A stretch of DNA of 62,766 bases, counting the filler, from Choristocarpus tenellus KU-1152 (taxonomy: Eukaryota; Protista; Phaeophyceae), in assembly GCA_964200185.2 (NCBI GenBank). It is 12 parts of 12 records of this genome, joined end to end, with 100 filler letters (N's around TTAATTAATTAA, not from the genome) between each part and the next. Parts side by side here need not be neighbours in the genome. Positions count along the whole stretch, not along the records: positions 58,196 to 62,766 come from CAXNAD020013967.1; 11 more parts are not named here. One strand, 5' to 3'. The position numbers and the translations under genes are program-made. The notes beneath the pieces were generated by a model. That model was not told the DNA's origin. It made no database searches and was given only the letters and a program-made list of their open reading frames with translations. Of this stretch, positions 61,307 through 62,766 are shown one piece after another (the stretch's first letter is position 1; every line of letters starts with the position of its first letter).

Positions 61307-62766
61307 CTTTTCATTACAACCATGAAAAAGAGTAAAGAAAAAAACGCTACTACTACTGCTGCTGGTGCCACTATTACTTCTGTTCTGTTAGTGGAAGTAC
61401 TTCAAAGCATCAAATAAATCATTCATCCATGAGAACGAGAATCACATCCTCATCCTTCCAAATCTATTTTCAATATAAACGCACCCTCATCTAAAATTCA
61501 TCACCACACCACCTCCACCCACCACAGAGTACCAACTTTCCCAGCATTGTCAGACCCGCCTGACCAATGAAGACATTGTTTTCGAGCATGTAAGTTTCAA
61601 ATGTAAAAAAAAAAAACACGTGCTCACTTCCTTTCAGTACTTGTCTCATTTCGCAACCAAGTTGTTTCTCCTCATCCTGTCTATCCTGTATCTCTTTCTT
61701 CATTACTCTTCCTGTCATAGTACATTTACAAGCATGTATCCAAGGATCAAATGCACACACAGAATAGCTCCAATAATAACGCTGTCTCTCTCCCAGGAAA
61801 CAAAACATCTTTAAACTGTTCAGTTCGCATCGCCTCCCATTGTCCTATGTACAACAATGGTAGCACAAGCAGAGTAGATACACAAGAAAGCAACACACAT
61901 GGCTGTACCAGAAAGTACCTAGCAAAACGGTATCAAACCATAGTAAGTCATCATCTCATGTGCTCATATGATCATAACATGAATACCAATGCGTCCAAAC
62001 CATACCCACCTCCACCTATTCTCACACAGCTCTTCAATTCAGCCACTTCCGCAAAGATTGTAGCCATTTCTTACTGGTGACATTGCGTTTTCAACCAATC
62101 CTTTCGCAAAAAAGGAACCACAAGTAAGAACAGAAAATATGGTGCTGTCCTTCAGTAGGCACAGTAAAAAGTACTAGACTAGATAGGGATAGCAGCCCAT
62201 TCTCTAATTCCGACAACCATATCAATTTTGGTTTAACTCCACTCCTAGGTCAATGCTTCACTAAGTACAGTCCTTGTTTCCACATCCAGTCTACATACAG
62301 GCAGTCTTGTAACCATGTTGTCTCAAAGGGAGGTGCACAGGAAAGTATCACCGCATGCCACCCTCCACCCTCCCTCCCCTATCCCCTTTCCACTTCACCT
62401 CACCATCCACCCTCCGTTATCATTAGAAACAATATTACAAAGGAGACGTTAACCACCGCTTGCCCTGAAGTCTCCCATACTGACCCCCACTCCATCCCCC
62501 TCCACAACTCCCCATCCATGGAATCACAAGCAATAAGGCTGGTCTCACTACAAGAATGCCACAAATACCCCGTCTATACCTCCCCTTCCCCAAGATTCTC
62601 CTGCTCCATATCTAAATATTGAAGAGTGTAATAAAATAAAAAGAGTGCAAGAGTCAGATACTTTGGTATACAGCAACAATAAGCAAAAAAGAATAAGACT
62701 CAACTGCCAGCTAAAATGCATTCTTATGGGTTGGGGGGTAAGGTGGAATATACCCCAACTGAAATG

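Noticed and set aside
1-62766. Integrated giant-virus DNA or a prokaryotic defence system
   Set aside because: There are no long intronless ORFs, operons or recognisable viral or bacterial hallmark genes.

Overview
This is eukaryotic, intron-rich, repeat-dense DNA rather than a prokaryotic locus. It is probably from a stramenopile, with a brown alga the best guess (inference only). It consists of 12 unrelated short contigs joined by eleven identical 100-bp linkers (N44-TTAATTAATTAA-N44), so synteny cannot be read across the linkers. Spliced genes reconstructed by eye with phase-consistent GT-AG junctions: a CRAL-TRIO/SEC14 fragment, a coiled-coil 'SPRSLEAC' protein, a membrane-anchored alpha/beta-hydrolase-like protein, a complete-looking ~520-aa signal-anchored otubain/OTU-like protease, and a single-Cys glutathione peroxidase head-to-head with a conserved hypothetical protein. 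Decayed Copia, Gypsy and DD39D-type mariner elements, two solo LTRs, a cluster of tRNA-derived SINEs and a foldback-like element are also present. The dominant unexplained structure is a set of related non-autonomous TIR elements (~25 copies or fragments in four subfamilies). They share G..(C/T)AAAGTA-type termini, have 3-5 bp TSDs, nest inside each other and show CpG-decay mutations. No CRISPR, rRNA, intact tRNA or viral genes were recognised.
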